In this document: positions 1-10,860 of the stretch, piece by piece
Layout of the letters: each line of letters starts with the position of its first letter
Numbering within the stretch: position 1 is the first letter of the stretch
DNA from: Paraspadella gotoi
Taxonomy: Eukaryota > Animalia > Chaetognatha
DNA: 49,222 bases
Direction: 5' to 3'
Assembly (NCBI GenBank): GCA_051294375.1
Contig: JBJCIZ010000403.1
Span: 17,956-67,177 of the forward strand
Notes under the pieces: model-generated
What the model saw: the letters and a program-made list of their open reading frames with translations, nothing else
Databases searched by the model: none
Told to the model about the DNA's origin: nothing
Translations under genes and position numbers: made by a program

Positions 1-2659
1 CTTTTTAATAATTCATTTTTAAATATTAATAATAATAACCGTAAGTTTTTGTCTATAATTTGATTAAACCAAATGATTTGCTGAATTGCATATCTACCGG
101 AGGATACTCTGCTTTTCTGAATTGCGTTTACTTACGACATTAGTTCAGTAAGTTAAAAACAAGTTCAACTAAATTTTGGTTTTTTTTTAATTAATTTTTA
201 AAAAAATACATTAACACTGGTAGGGTATTGCACAAAAATTTTAAAAATACTAATTTTCTTCATTCGATGATTTTAAACTTTATATTAAGCCTAATGAAGT
301 GTACTTTAATCGTTAATTCCAAGTTTGACTTTTAAATATTTGATTTACGCCAACTGATTTACGTCAATTTGAGTAACGTCTGCCTCCTCTCTGCTGTCAA
401 GGATATTCAACAAAATTTTGAAACCTTTTTTTAATTAAAAATACATGTAGTATTGATTCAGATTTGCTTTATTTTTTTTACGTGTTTGTTGGCGCTGTGG
501 CTAAAAACTCCGCCAAAGGTATTATTCCTATTTACATATGTGGCGTTAATGATTTTTCAAAAAAATTTAAAATATATCATGATTAAATAAGTGTAAAATG
601 TTTATATTTAAATTGGAAAGAATTGGTGGCGTAAAATGGCGTGAATGAAGGTAAAACCGTTAATTGATATCATGATGTGCGCGTAAAGACTTTTCTGACT
701 TATTTTTTTAGTAAAAGCTATCGGCTAAGTGCGTTTTAAAGATTTATTCCGGCCTTTTTTATACAGGTTTGGCGTTTAGAATGGCGTAAAATGAACAAAA
801 AGCCATATTAATACTCATTTAATTTTGTGGCCTAAAAACTGTTTTTTCATTTCCAAATAAAAGCTATTAAGTTAAGATGCTTTGGCGTAGAATGGCGTAA
901 ATGACGTTAACACTGCGTCCACTCTTATCCGCTCATCTCTTTCCCTTTCCTCCCTTTTCTTTCTCTCTTTATTTTTATACAATCTCCGATTCTAAGTCGA
1001 TATTTTCTGGTTTTGATTCTTAAAAATCAAAGAAAAAACGAATACCGAAAATTATCTCACCATCATAGATAAAAGAAACAAAGATACACCCGTCAAAAAG
1101 TCATGGACCAATTTTATTAAAAGTATCAGAAATTGTGGATCAACAATGGTTCTTTAGCGTTTATATTTGAACTTAGTAAAAAAAAGACTATAAATAAAGA
1201 TATTACCCATTTATAATAATTATAGGTATCATGTATATTTAGCAAAGGAGAATTTGTTGAAGGCAGAAAAAAAGGCATGATAATCTTAAGATCATAATAA
1301 ATATATTATATCAGTTTCATACTTATTGATGATTCATAGGCCTTAATATACAGTAGGAAACAATATATAAAATGATACGCCAGAACTGCTCTGGCCGCAT
1401 TTTTGCCGCATCATTTTTGGGAATTATCAATGATAAATACCTTGAAAGAAAATATATTTGCATCTCCTATAACCAGAGGTTTTGCGAGGAAAGCCTAGTT
1501 TTTGCGCTACAATAAAAAGAAATATTGCTTTCTGTACTATTCCAATATTTTTCTTATTTGAAAGATTCTTTTTCGGTTTTTAGTTAGAGTTACGCTTACC
1601 CTACCTATATTCAAAAAATAAAATTTTTCTCTTTAGTATTTTCCATACAGTAAATATTTTAAAAAGCCTTGTTTTTTGGAATCAAATTCCCTATTATTTT
1701 TCGGCCGATAGAAAAATAAAAATTTCGTCGAATACTGCTAATCCCTAACACTGGGATAGGCGGTCATGTACATGCCACGCATGTATTATATATGTATTAT
1801 TGTCTCTCCCTTTGTGTCTAATGGTCATTTTTCAATGGACTTGGACAATCTACAAACGTGTTAAAGAATCGTGGACCCAATTATTAATTAAAATGGATAA
1901 AGAAAGGTCTTAAAGGGCACACTAAAAAGTCTCACTTTTTGGTAAATGACTGAGCAGGAATTTAAAGAAGAAAATAAGAAGACGTTTCACGAATTTATTT
2001 ACAACATGTAATGATCAAAATCATTTTCAGAGAGAAAAACGACAGTAACAAAAAGAGAAAAGACAATAGTAAAATTAACAATAAGAGTCAAAACGAATCT
2101 AGTGGTCAGTTAAATATTTGACCTTAAGTCGTAGGTCACGAGTTGAGGTAAGTTTAAGAGTCGTTAAGGTTGTTGTTGTTGTCGTTGTTGTTGTCGTTGT
2201 TGTTGTCACCAAAACTTTTAGCTTCGGAGGAGAAAGTTACTCATCAACTCCTTAAATCTGTCAAATCTCCCGAGTTAAATGAAGTTAACATTAAATATAC
2301 TTAAACCTTTTTCAACGATGTCACCTCATGCGACGCAATCTTCTGCGACCAGGGTGCGACCTTGTGACCCTGGCACATCTGCAGACATAATCATTTGCTT
2401 TCTCTTCGTCAGGGTTGGGATTTATGAAAAAAAAATTTTATTTTTTATTTTTTCTTAAAAAAAAATTGGACACGTTTCCACTTTAATTTTTGCTGACTTG
2501 TAATTAATGTCGAGAAAGGTTATAATTGTTTACATACAAAACACTATAAAACTACAAAACTCTATAAAAATCTATTTCATACTTACTTTTTTTCTCCATG
2601 CTTATGAAGACTTACAACTAAGGAGAAACATGTCTTTTTTTGTTTTAAATAAATACCGT

Positions 2660-2925
2660 TGTAAACAATAATAAAACCTTTCTAGCTTCAAACAAATCTT
2701 GTTTTGGCGTTCGCGGTGAACAACGCAGGCATCGGCGTAGGGGGAGGACGGCTCGACGTCCGATGGCGGAGAATTTTGACAAGTTTTCCGATGTTGTGCT
2801 GTCCGCTTTTTTATTGAGACGCTTGTTTTTCCAACGTAAGAAGAGGCGTTGTTGTTGTTATTGAAATTACAAGAGAGCTTATAAACTCCTCTTTCTTTCT
2901 CTTGAACTTTTGTCCTTAACTTCGA
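2660..2925 (-). mobile_element. Penelope-like GIY-YIG endonuclease relic
   Basis: Manual minus-strand translation ...KERGVYKLSCNFNNNNASSYVGKTSVSIKKRTAQHRKTC... contains the GVY / YVGxT / R..xH motifs of PLE GIY-YIG domains. Absent from the ORF track. A degenerate hammerhead-like core (cttatga...gaaacatgtc) lies at 2601-2634 (+). Confidence 0.75.
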
Positions 2926-3486
2926 CCTTATGATTTTTTTTTCTTTTCACTCTATTCTCTCCCTTTCTCTTTTAACCAAAATATTGTTTACTTTTTTGTG
3001 ACTGTTTTTCTCATATTTACTTCGCAATGAACTATGGTTAAGCGATGTTAACCGAAATATATTGCTCAACTAAAAATAATATGCGTTTTCCTCATAAAAC
3101 GATGTTAATCACCAATATTATGTACCCATACCGCATATACGATGACTCTCAAGCAACAAATATTAACACTTCCGGTCCAGCAGCGTTAAAAACGCTACTT
3201 ATGGTTAAGGATTTAAAGTGAAGTTAAGTATAAAAATTCTGCACAAATTATGTTAATCAAATTTATAAAAAAATTACAATTACAACTGGTTTCTATCATT
3301 TAACACAAATAATTCTATTAACAATTTAATAATTGATGATCGTGGCACTTTGACGCTTCTGTAACACCCGAGGATAATTTTTTTTTCTTTTGAAACTAAT
3401 ACCAATAGATAGCCCATGAAAAGACGAATCGATAGACGTCCTCCTTCGAGGTCTACGAATATTTCTCCCGGTCAAAATTGAATCTA

Positions 3487-3542
3487 ACCGACAAAGTGAA
3501 TTATAGAGTCGGGATCTGCTGATAAGCAGATCCGACTAAAAA
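3487..3542 (-). mobile_element. DINE-1/HINE-like (Helentron-associated) element terminus, family A
   Basis: Hairpin gtcgg-gatctgct-gata-agcagatc-cgac next to cgacaaagtgaattatagag and an A/T run. The same end recurs at 24316 (+) and 26724-26785 (-). Confidence 0.6.
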
Positions 3543-3934
3543 TTGATAAGCAAAATTTTACAAATTATTTTTATTTTCATATTATTTAATAGACGCTTAA
3601 CCATTATTTATTTGAGAGAACTTCTAGTTTTCAACCTAATATCTAGTAAGGCGGGCCAAAATTGAACACTTTTTATAACTTCTAATTCTCTTTAAAAATT
3701 TTTTTTCCCTTTTACTACTAAATCGATTTTCAATGTAACTTTTTGAATTAGTTCATTGGGTTGTTGCACTGAAGCTTTTAAATATTAATTAATATATAAT
3801 AATTATATGAAGTTTTGATGGAAATCACGGAATTGTGCCAGTGGAAATGAGTTTAGATGGAAAAAACATAAGTCACATTGACTTGAATCTTTAATATTAA
3901 TGATTAGTAATAAATGTTTTAATTAATTAATGTG

Positions 3935-3944
3935 NNNNNNNNNN
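3935..3944. other. Assembly gap (10 N)
   Basis: Run of N. Confidence 1.
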
Positions 3945-4357
3945 CTTGGACTGATTGACTGAGTGGTTGATTTATCTATCAATAGATTGATTGGTTGGTT
4001 GTTTGAGTGATTGATCCATACATCAATTGATCAACTGATTGACTTATTGGTTCTTTTACTGATTGATTGAAAGTTTATACAAATGATGTTTTGCGTTTTT
4101 TTTTTCCTTCATTCTTTTTTTTCTTCATTTTTTATTTATTCATTTTCATTTGAAAGAGAGAGAGAGAAAGAGGGAGGGGGAGAGAAAAAGAGAACATGAA
4201 AGAGGTAAAATGAGATACACTGGTTAATCATAAAACTTGTCTCCGAGATAGTCTGGTTAATCTCATTATTAGCTTGGACAGCTAAATACTTGGTCAGTGA
4301 CATGGGGTAGTCACTGAAGGTCCAACGCCCTGAGCGCTAGCTTTTGGGAGATGCTTT

Positions 4358-4493
4358 ATACTTCATCCAGATGTTCTAATTACATGCAACCAGTTCGCCG
4401 GAGTGGCCCAATATAAAATATAGCGTTCATACTTCATCTAAATGTTCTAATTACTTACAACCAGTTGGCCCATTTTAAAATATAGAGTTCATA
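4358..4493 (+). repeat. Two-copy ~70-bp tandem duplication
   Basis: atacttcatc(c/t)a(g/a)atgttctaattac...accagtt...ggccca...aaaatatag(c/a)gttc is repeated twice. Confidence 0.8.
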
Positions 4494-5545
4494 CAAGGAT
4501 ATCTTCTGCCCTCGCTCTCTCAACACGTCGTAACTTTAACCTTTTTACATTATTCATCTATCTATTTTTTTTAAAAATCGATTTTTTTCAAAAATTAACT
4601 TTCTCCTTAAAGATTTAATAGTAAATGTTTTCCGATTGATCTGAAACTTAAAGACTGTTAATTTGAATGAAAATATTACCTATCTTCAAAATATTAAAGA
4701 GATATTTTGATTGTACAGTTTTTTTATTGGGGTTTGAAAAGGGGTATTTTTTTCTCTTTTTGACAATTTTAAAATGCCATATCTCGGCCTTGGATGATCT
4801 GATTTACAAAATATTTATATATTTAGAATCCTTGTCTTAACCTCTTTTTATAATAATAACAAAAATTGAAATTTGATAAAGTATTAATAAATACCTTTTT
4901 TAAAGTAATATCTTAAAAATAATATCAATTTGAAAATAAAGTTAAAAATTCTTAAAAATAAGCTTAAGTTAAAGCTTATACAATGTAATTGTTATGCACT
5001 TAAAACAATAAAGAAATACTTACCTAGTAAGGAGAAATTTAGTAAAGTAGAAAAATCTTTAAATATGCAAATGAGATTATGCTTATTTTAATTTAAATTT
5101 TTGAGACCACCAGCAGATAAGGTATGCTTTGGCTATTTTATGGTTAAAAAATCAATCCAGTTCTCTGCATATTTTAGGTATAAATTTTGTTATTAAAATT
5201 TTGACCTGTGACAAATTTTTTTTCGAGATGACCGAAACTCATAAATGTTGTAGAGCTACCAAAGGCCCATCTAAGACTGTAATATAAAAGCATAATATTC
5301 ACTAATATAATAATTATGACTGATTAAAAAAATGACACACCCTTAGTAAATGCTAATAAAACTTTTCAAATTTTATTCATATTCTGACAACATCTCAAAA
5401 ACCCTTTTGAGTATGTATATTTAAAATTTTAAAAATGTACTACATAAAATGACCAAGTTATGCAACTTTTAAATTTGTTTTTTTGGGCCTATTTTTAAGT
5501 AGTTTAGAATTGTTCGATTTGAAGAGACAGTAATTATTGATAAGC

Positions 5546-5753
5546 GTTAATGACAGAACCTTTCAATATAAGCAGTCCCTGAGCTTCGGATCAGGCTGTA
5601 ACACCATGTTACAGGCGGGTTAAGCGCCCCGTCCCTCTTAACTGCCAGACGACCACCGGGCTAGAACCCCGGACCTTACGGTTGGGAGGCGAAAGACTTG
5701 CCTCCGGCACCAATGGCCGCTGATGAACGGTTGGTGGATTTTAGTCCACCATA
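5546..5753 (-). mobile_element. tRNA-derived SINE (copy 1)
   Basis: Reverse complement of 25163-25378. The tRNA-like head has a 7-bp acceptor stem gcggcca/tggtcgt and a B-box-like ggttctagccc. Confidence 0.8.
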
Positions 5754-5884
5754 GATTTAAATTTTAACCCAATGGGCAATAGACCTACGTTGAGACTATT
5801 TTATGTTAAAATATCAGCTCATTGGACATAAAAATAGAAGAATTATTTCATCCCTGGAAAAAGGACACTCTACGCTTCGCGTAC

Positions 5885-5987
5885 CGTAATTTTCTTGGAA
5901 ATTCCTCAAACCGACCGGAAGCACCATAAAGAACGGAAGTTCGGGGTTCTTCTTGCCGAACCCGACCCACCAGACGCCGCCGAAAAC
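5885..5987 (-). CDS. Host gene exon (VFGGVWWVGFGKKNPELPFFMVLPVGLRNFQENY)
   Basis: ctctcag acceptor, G|gtacgc donor, 103 nt open (phase 0 to 1), GC-rich codons in an AT-rich background. Confidence 0.65.
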
Positions 5988-6081
5988 CTGAGAGATATGG
6001 AGTCAACGCTGTTGCTGTTTAAATATTCCTAAGGGCGCCACTGCAGCCACTGCAGCCGCCCCCGCCACGGCTCAAACTCGC

Positions 6082-6328
6082 CTGGCTGTCGAGGAACTTG
6101 TCGCTGCCGAATGGATTAGCGAAAGGCGCAATCTTTCGCGACACGAACTCGAGCTCCATGCTGCGATGATAAAGAGACTTGAGAGTGATCCTTTCATTCG
6201 AGTTGCTGCAAAATCCTGAATGCGGATGAGGAAGGTTGATAGGTCGTTGAGAGGTCAAATAAAGGCCATTGTCAATGGCATTGAGAGGCCAATAGGAACG
6301 AAGTTTGTAGGTATTGTCCTTTTATTGT
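6082..6328 (-). CDS. Host gene exon (DNTYKLRSYWPLNAIDNGLYLTSQRP...GSDKFLDSQ)
   Basis: Polypyrimidine tract plus tag acceptor at 6329; frame open from 6318 to 6082; CAG|gcgagt GC-type donor in phase with the next exon. There is a frame anomaly in the first 11 nt. Confidence 0.6.
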
Positions 6329-6541
6329 CTATTTCGCATCATGAGGAGAATTAACGAGATTAAGGACAGATAAAAAAAGTGACTCTTAGACTCTAAGACT
6401 CTAAGTTAGAGTAGAGTTGATTAAAAACGACCAATATTTTTGGTTATTATTCACATTCTTAATTCAAAAACCTCCGAGGTTTTTGGCCCAACCCACTTAC
6501 TGCAGGAACTTACCTTAATCGTCCTTTAACTCCGCCCTTAC

Positions 6542-6699
6542 CTTTTGGAAATTCGTTGCAATCGAAGGTCTTAAAACCTTTCCCGAAAATCTTGGAGCAG
6601 TCCGAATCTTTCCACAGATCCCAATTTTCCGAAGCCGGGATTTTGAACTTTTCTTTCCAATCCTTTTCCCATTCTTTCCTCGCTTTAATCGGCGACATG
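6542..6699 (-). CDS. Host gene exon (MSPIKARKEWEKDWKEKFKIPASENWDLWKDSDCSKIFGKGFKTFDCNEFPK)
   Basis: ttttcccgctcag acceptor, AAAG|gtaagg donor (alternative AG|gtaagt after 6514). Matches ORF 6510..6698 with protein-like codon usage. Confidence 0.65.
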
Positions 6700-8182
6700 C
6701 TGAGCGGGAAAATTTGAAAAAAATATTTATCATATATATATGTAATGATTCGGGGCCCAAACTCGCGACATTTTTATCGATAATTCAGAATGGCTTTTTT
6801 GTGACGTCGTTGACATCGTCACGCTTTTTATTATATAATAACTACTACGGTATATATAGTTTTAGCTAGGGCTTATATTTTTTTTTAAATGAAAATTATT
6901 ATAAATTACGATGAATTTTTATAAAAGTGTGTGATCATTGAATTTAAAAATTTAGATATAGCTTCTCATCTCAAATACAAAAACTGTTATTCCTAAAAAT
7001 TTCTAAATTAACAAAAAGAAAAAAAATCATTACAAAGCTTCTCATCTTGAAATAGCTTTGAAATTTTTATATTACATTTGGATTGAAGTATTTTTAGTTT
7101 GAATTTCCACTTTATTATGATTTACTGCAATATGCAAATTAGATTATAGTACTCATTATAATAACCAAAGTAGTTTAATAAAATACTTTATTGTAATTTA
7201 CATATTGCAGTAAATAATATTGAAGATAAAATTCATAAAAAAATATTTGAATTAATAGATTACATATGGTTTAAAAAACCTTATTGATGAGAAGTTATAT
7301 CTTAATTTTAAAAAATAAAGTTATATCTTAATTTAAAAAAATAAAAAAATTTACAACTTATGATTGAAGAGAGAGAGAGAGGGAGGGAAAGAAAAAGAGA
7401 GAGAGTTTCCAACAAAGAATTGAGTGAGGGATAGTGGTCAGATGTGAGGACAGGTGAAGGTAAGGGCAGGGAAGAAGAGAGTATGTGAATTTGAAAATTG
7501 GAAATTTGGTGAAAGAGAGAGAGAGAGAGATAGATGAATCAATACATTAGGCAATGTACAACAATGATAAAATTAGAGAATAACTAAATGTATAGAAATA
7601 ATTAATAAGTTAGTCATTGACTGAGTTTGAAATTTGAAATAAGGAAAATGAAAAAGAAAAGAAGAATAAGCAGTGAGGGATAGATAAGTTAATAGTAAGG
7701 GAAAAGGTAAGGTAAGAAAGAGCTCAAAATGAGCTGGCCCCCCCCCCCGGCCGGGCAAATGAGGGACATTGACGATGTGGTCGGGTCATTGACCTGTCAT
7801 TGGTTGAGAGGATATTGTGGTGGAGTGGGACATGGAAGGATCTGGTAGTGATCCGGCTGGAAAGATGCCAAGTACCACTCGAATATCTCTTTGACCTGAT
7901 AGGCCTACCGAAGGCCCTCCTCTCACCTGATGGTGAGGCGGGCGGTTGCCTGTTCTGGCCTGTTTTGGGACAGGTGATACAGACGTCGTTTTGGGCGGCG
8001 CTGGGCGCGAGAAGAGTCACACCAAGTTGCTGCAGGATCGGTTGAGGCATCGGATGTCAGTTGCTGAGAGGCTTCCGCCTGACCCGTTCAGTAGGAACAG
8101 GGGAATCACCGTGCGGCTGAGGTGGCATTGGGTGCTCCACCACAGTTTTAATAAGCGAATCATAGCTTGGAGGGAGTTCGAT

Positions 8183-9185
8183 TCATCCTCCATCACGGTT
8201 CAAAGAGGGCTCGAGGGCCTTGATGTAAATAGCCTTTCTAATACCTATTGAGAACCAGTTCTGGTCATGGGACAGCACGAGACAGTCTTCCTCTCTGAAC
8301 AGATGGCCCATGTTCGTTGCATGCTCTGCGATTGCCGACAGGAAGTGACCTCTCGCGTTGTGGTGCTGAAACCGATCTGAAAGAGATTTGCCTGTCTCGC
8401 CCACGTATGCTGCTGTACAGGCTTGGTTGCCCGCCCCTGCACAGGCCGCCCAGTAGACGGCTCCTGATGTTTTCGGTCTGGGGATTTTGTCTTTCGGTTT
8501 CACCAATTGCTCATGTAAAGAGCCGCGGGTCGTCACTGAACTGGAGATCCCCTGCTTTGCAAGCAGTGACCCACGTTCTTGAGACGCTTCTGCTTATCTC
8601 CCAATTGCGCTGTGGTGGGCGCGGTAGGTCCTTCAGCAGCAAGGCCTCGCTCTTCCTCCTGGGGGTCGGAGGTCGAACCTGCGTCAGCGGTTACTTGGAT
8701 AGACCCTTGGTGGCCACCATCCTCAGCCAGGTTTTGCCGAAACCTTGCCTTCTCGAACGCCCACAGAGGGTAACCATTGATCGCCAGGGCTCTTTTGATG
8801 TGCTCAAGCTCGGCGGCCTGAAGCTCGATGGAATCAGCTGAGCTCTCCTGGTAAGGGACCTGACCGTGGCCAGCTTGTGCGACAAGGGAGCATGCGAATC
8901 AAAGGGAATATATTGGTCAGTGTGGGTCGGTTTGCGATATACTGAAAATTCCAATGAGCCGCCCTCTTTGCGCTTTATAAGCACATCGAGCATTGGAATT
9001 TGACCATTCACCTCCTTTTCACATGTCCACTTGATGCTTGCTTCTATGCCGTTCAGATGTGTCAGTAAGGTCTCAATGAGATCTTTGCGCACAGCCAGGA
9101 TGGTATCATCTGCTTTCCGATACCAGAAGAGGACTGACTCTGCCCCATGCAGGGATCGAAAAGAGTCCAAAGCTTCCACCTCATA
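8183..9185 (-). pseudogene. Penelope-type reverse transcriptase C-terminus + GIY-YIG endonuclease, frameshifted
   Basis: WYRKADDT (YVDD-equivalent), IKWTCEKE, IPMLDVLI, VYRKPTHTDQY (PLE RT thumb); KPKDKIP...GAVY...C...C...YVGETGKSLSDRFQHH...SAIAEH...AIYIKALEPSLNRDGG. Confidence 0.92.
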
Positions 9186-9250
9186 GTCATAGTCTCTCTC
9201 TCTCTCTCTCCAAAAACTGATATTTGAGATATGTGACTCTGATATTTTCA

Positions 9251-9294
9251 CTTGCTGATGAAGACTCGAAACATAGAGTCGAAACATGTCCTTA
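9251..9294 (+). ncRNA. Minimal type I hammerhead ribozyme motif (PLE-associated)
   Basis: CTGATGA-a-gactc(gaaacata)gagtc-GAAA-c-at-GTC, with palindromic stem III ACATGT and weak stem I. Confidence 0.7.
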
Positions 9295-9782
9295 TAAACT
9301 TAATAAATTTTTGTTCAAAAACGAATTTTTTGTTACACTCCTTAAATTACACAAACAACAAAAAGAAAGATCAAATACAACTTATGATTGAAAAAAATTT
9401 TAACAATTTTTAATTGTAAACAATTGTAATATTTTTTTGTTTTTCTTTTATTTCTTTAAATTATATTTTTTGTCAGGCGCTGCCTATTCTGAATCGTTTA
9501 AAAACGAGTTCAGGCTCTGCAACGACTGTACAGCAGCTGTCCAGCGGTTGTCCAGCTTTCTCTCTCTCTCTCAATATTTGGTTATCATCGCATCAATAAT
9601 CAATTCATATTATATCAATAAATTACTATTACATCAATAATTTGTTATCGCATAAATCATTCGTTTTTTTTATTATTTTCTTTGATAGCTGGCTGGCGAG
9701 ATCCATATACTTTTAAGATTTTTTGTTAGCATTTATATCCTCTCTCTCATGCTATTGTTATTTTTATGTTATTTTAATGTTT

Positions 9783-10860
9783 TAAGGCCTGGGATCAATC
9801 GCCAAAAGTTATAAATAGGGTAACACAAAGCTTGGATTTTGAAAGTAGAGGTCCAGTCGATTCCGAAAATGTATTCACTTTATTATTTCTTCAAAACCGT
9901 TGGTGTTTTTTCGAATTTTATATTACTATATAAAATAAAAGAAACCTATCGGAAGAGTTGCAGCCCAAACGGCGAAGCGGATTTTGATGAAATTTAACAT
10001 AATTTTACTTGAGGTGAAGGTCCCCAATTCTATGAGAGGGATTTTCCAAATTCACTTTTCTTCATAGGAAAAAAAAAGAATAAGGAAATTTTGGCGTTAA
10101 AATCTAAATATCTTGAAAATGAATAACATTTTCAAAAATCCCTCTCATAGAATTTCTCCCACATTTCCATACTAACGAAAAAGAATTTTAGTTTTTTTTT
10201 TTTTTTCAAAAAGTTTTCGATCCAACTATTTTTTGTTTAATTATTTTTTTTTTCTGTAGATTTTAAAGAACTGAAAGTCGAGCAGAGAACTCTAAAATCG
10301 ATATGCTTTTGTAAAATCTATTTTCATTTCTAGTTTAAATGATGGCTTTACCGTTCTCTGAAGTTTTATCCAATTTTTAAAATTTTTTTTTAAATTTAAA
10401 AAATGCTGTGACACCAAAACACGGACGGGTGAACAAGGAGGAATGCTGCAAGAGGTTTACTTATTTTCGTCTGTGGCAAACGGTCAAGCTTTAAAGCCCG
10501 TTTTGAATGTGGGGAACAGAAACTAATTAATAAGAGGAGAGCATAACGATTGTCCATCTGTGGAATCAGTGACCATCTATGGCACCATAGAGTGTTTCTA
10601 TCTCAGGACGATTGTCTTTGACTTTTAAAAATTGTACAATTTTTGTATTACTCTTTTAGTAAAAAAATGGTTTAGGCATCATTAAATATGTATTAGAGTT
10701 ACCCAATTTTTTAATTATACCAGATGAAGGGTCACGACTCATTTTATTAGGTTCTTTTTTGTCTGAAGAAGACGTTGGGACTAATAAACCTGAAAAAACT
10801 TGACCGGAAAGGAACTCTCCAGATTTTCCAAGTGATCAAGTACTTTTGCGGTTTTTCTTT
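9783..10860 (+). mobile_element. Non-autonomous DNA-transposon-like repeat (taaggcctgggatca end)
   Basis: The terminus and internal block 10720-10850 recur inverted at 38040-38545. Internal inverted repeat at 10028-10152. Right boundary uncertain. Confidence 0.5.

Larger units (their letters stand above)
7369..9375 (-). mobile_element. Penelope-like retroelement, 5'-truncated, with inverted pLTR segment and 17-bp TSD
   Basis: Direct repeat tacaacttatgattgaa at 7352-7368 and 9376-9392. Contains RT and GIY-YIG remnants on the minus strand and a hammerhead-bearing tail on the plus strand at ~9190-9375. Confidence 0.9.

Noticed and set aside
2207-2378. Two further possible minus-strand exons
   Set aside because: Splice-like signals are present, but frame and phase could not be resolved consistently with the 5885 exon.
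7724-8841. Plus-strand and alternative-frame ORFs over the Penelope element
   Set aside because: Shadow ORFs of a GC-rich TE coding strand.
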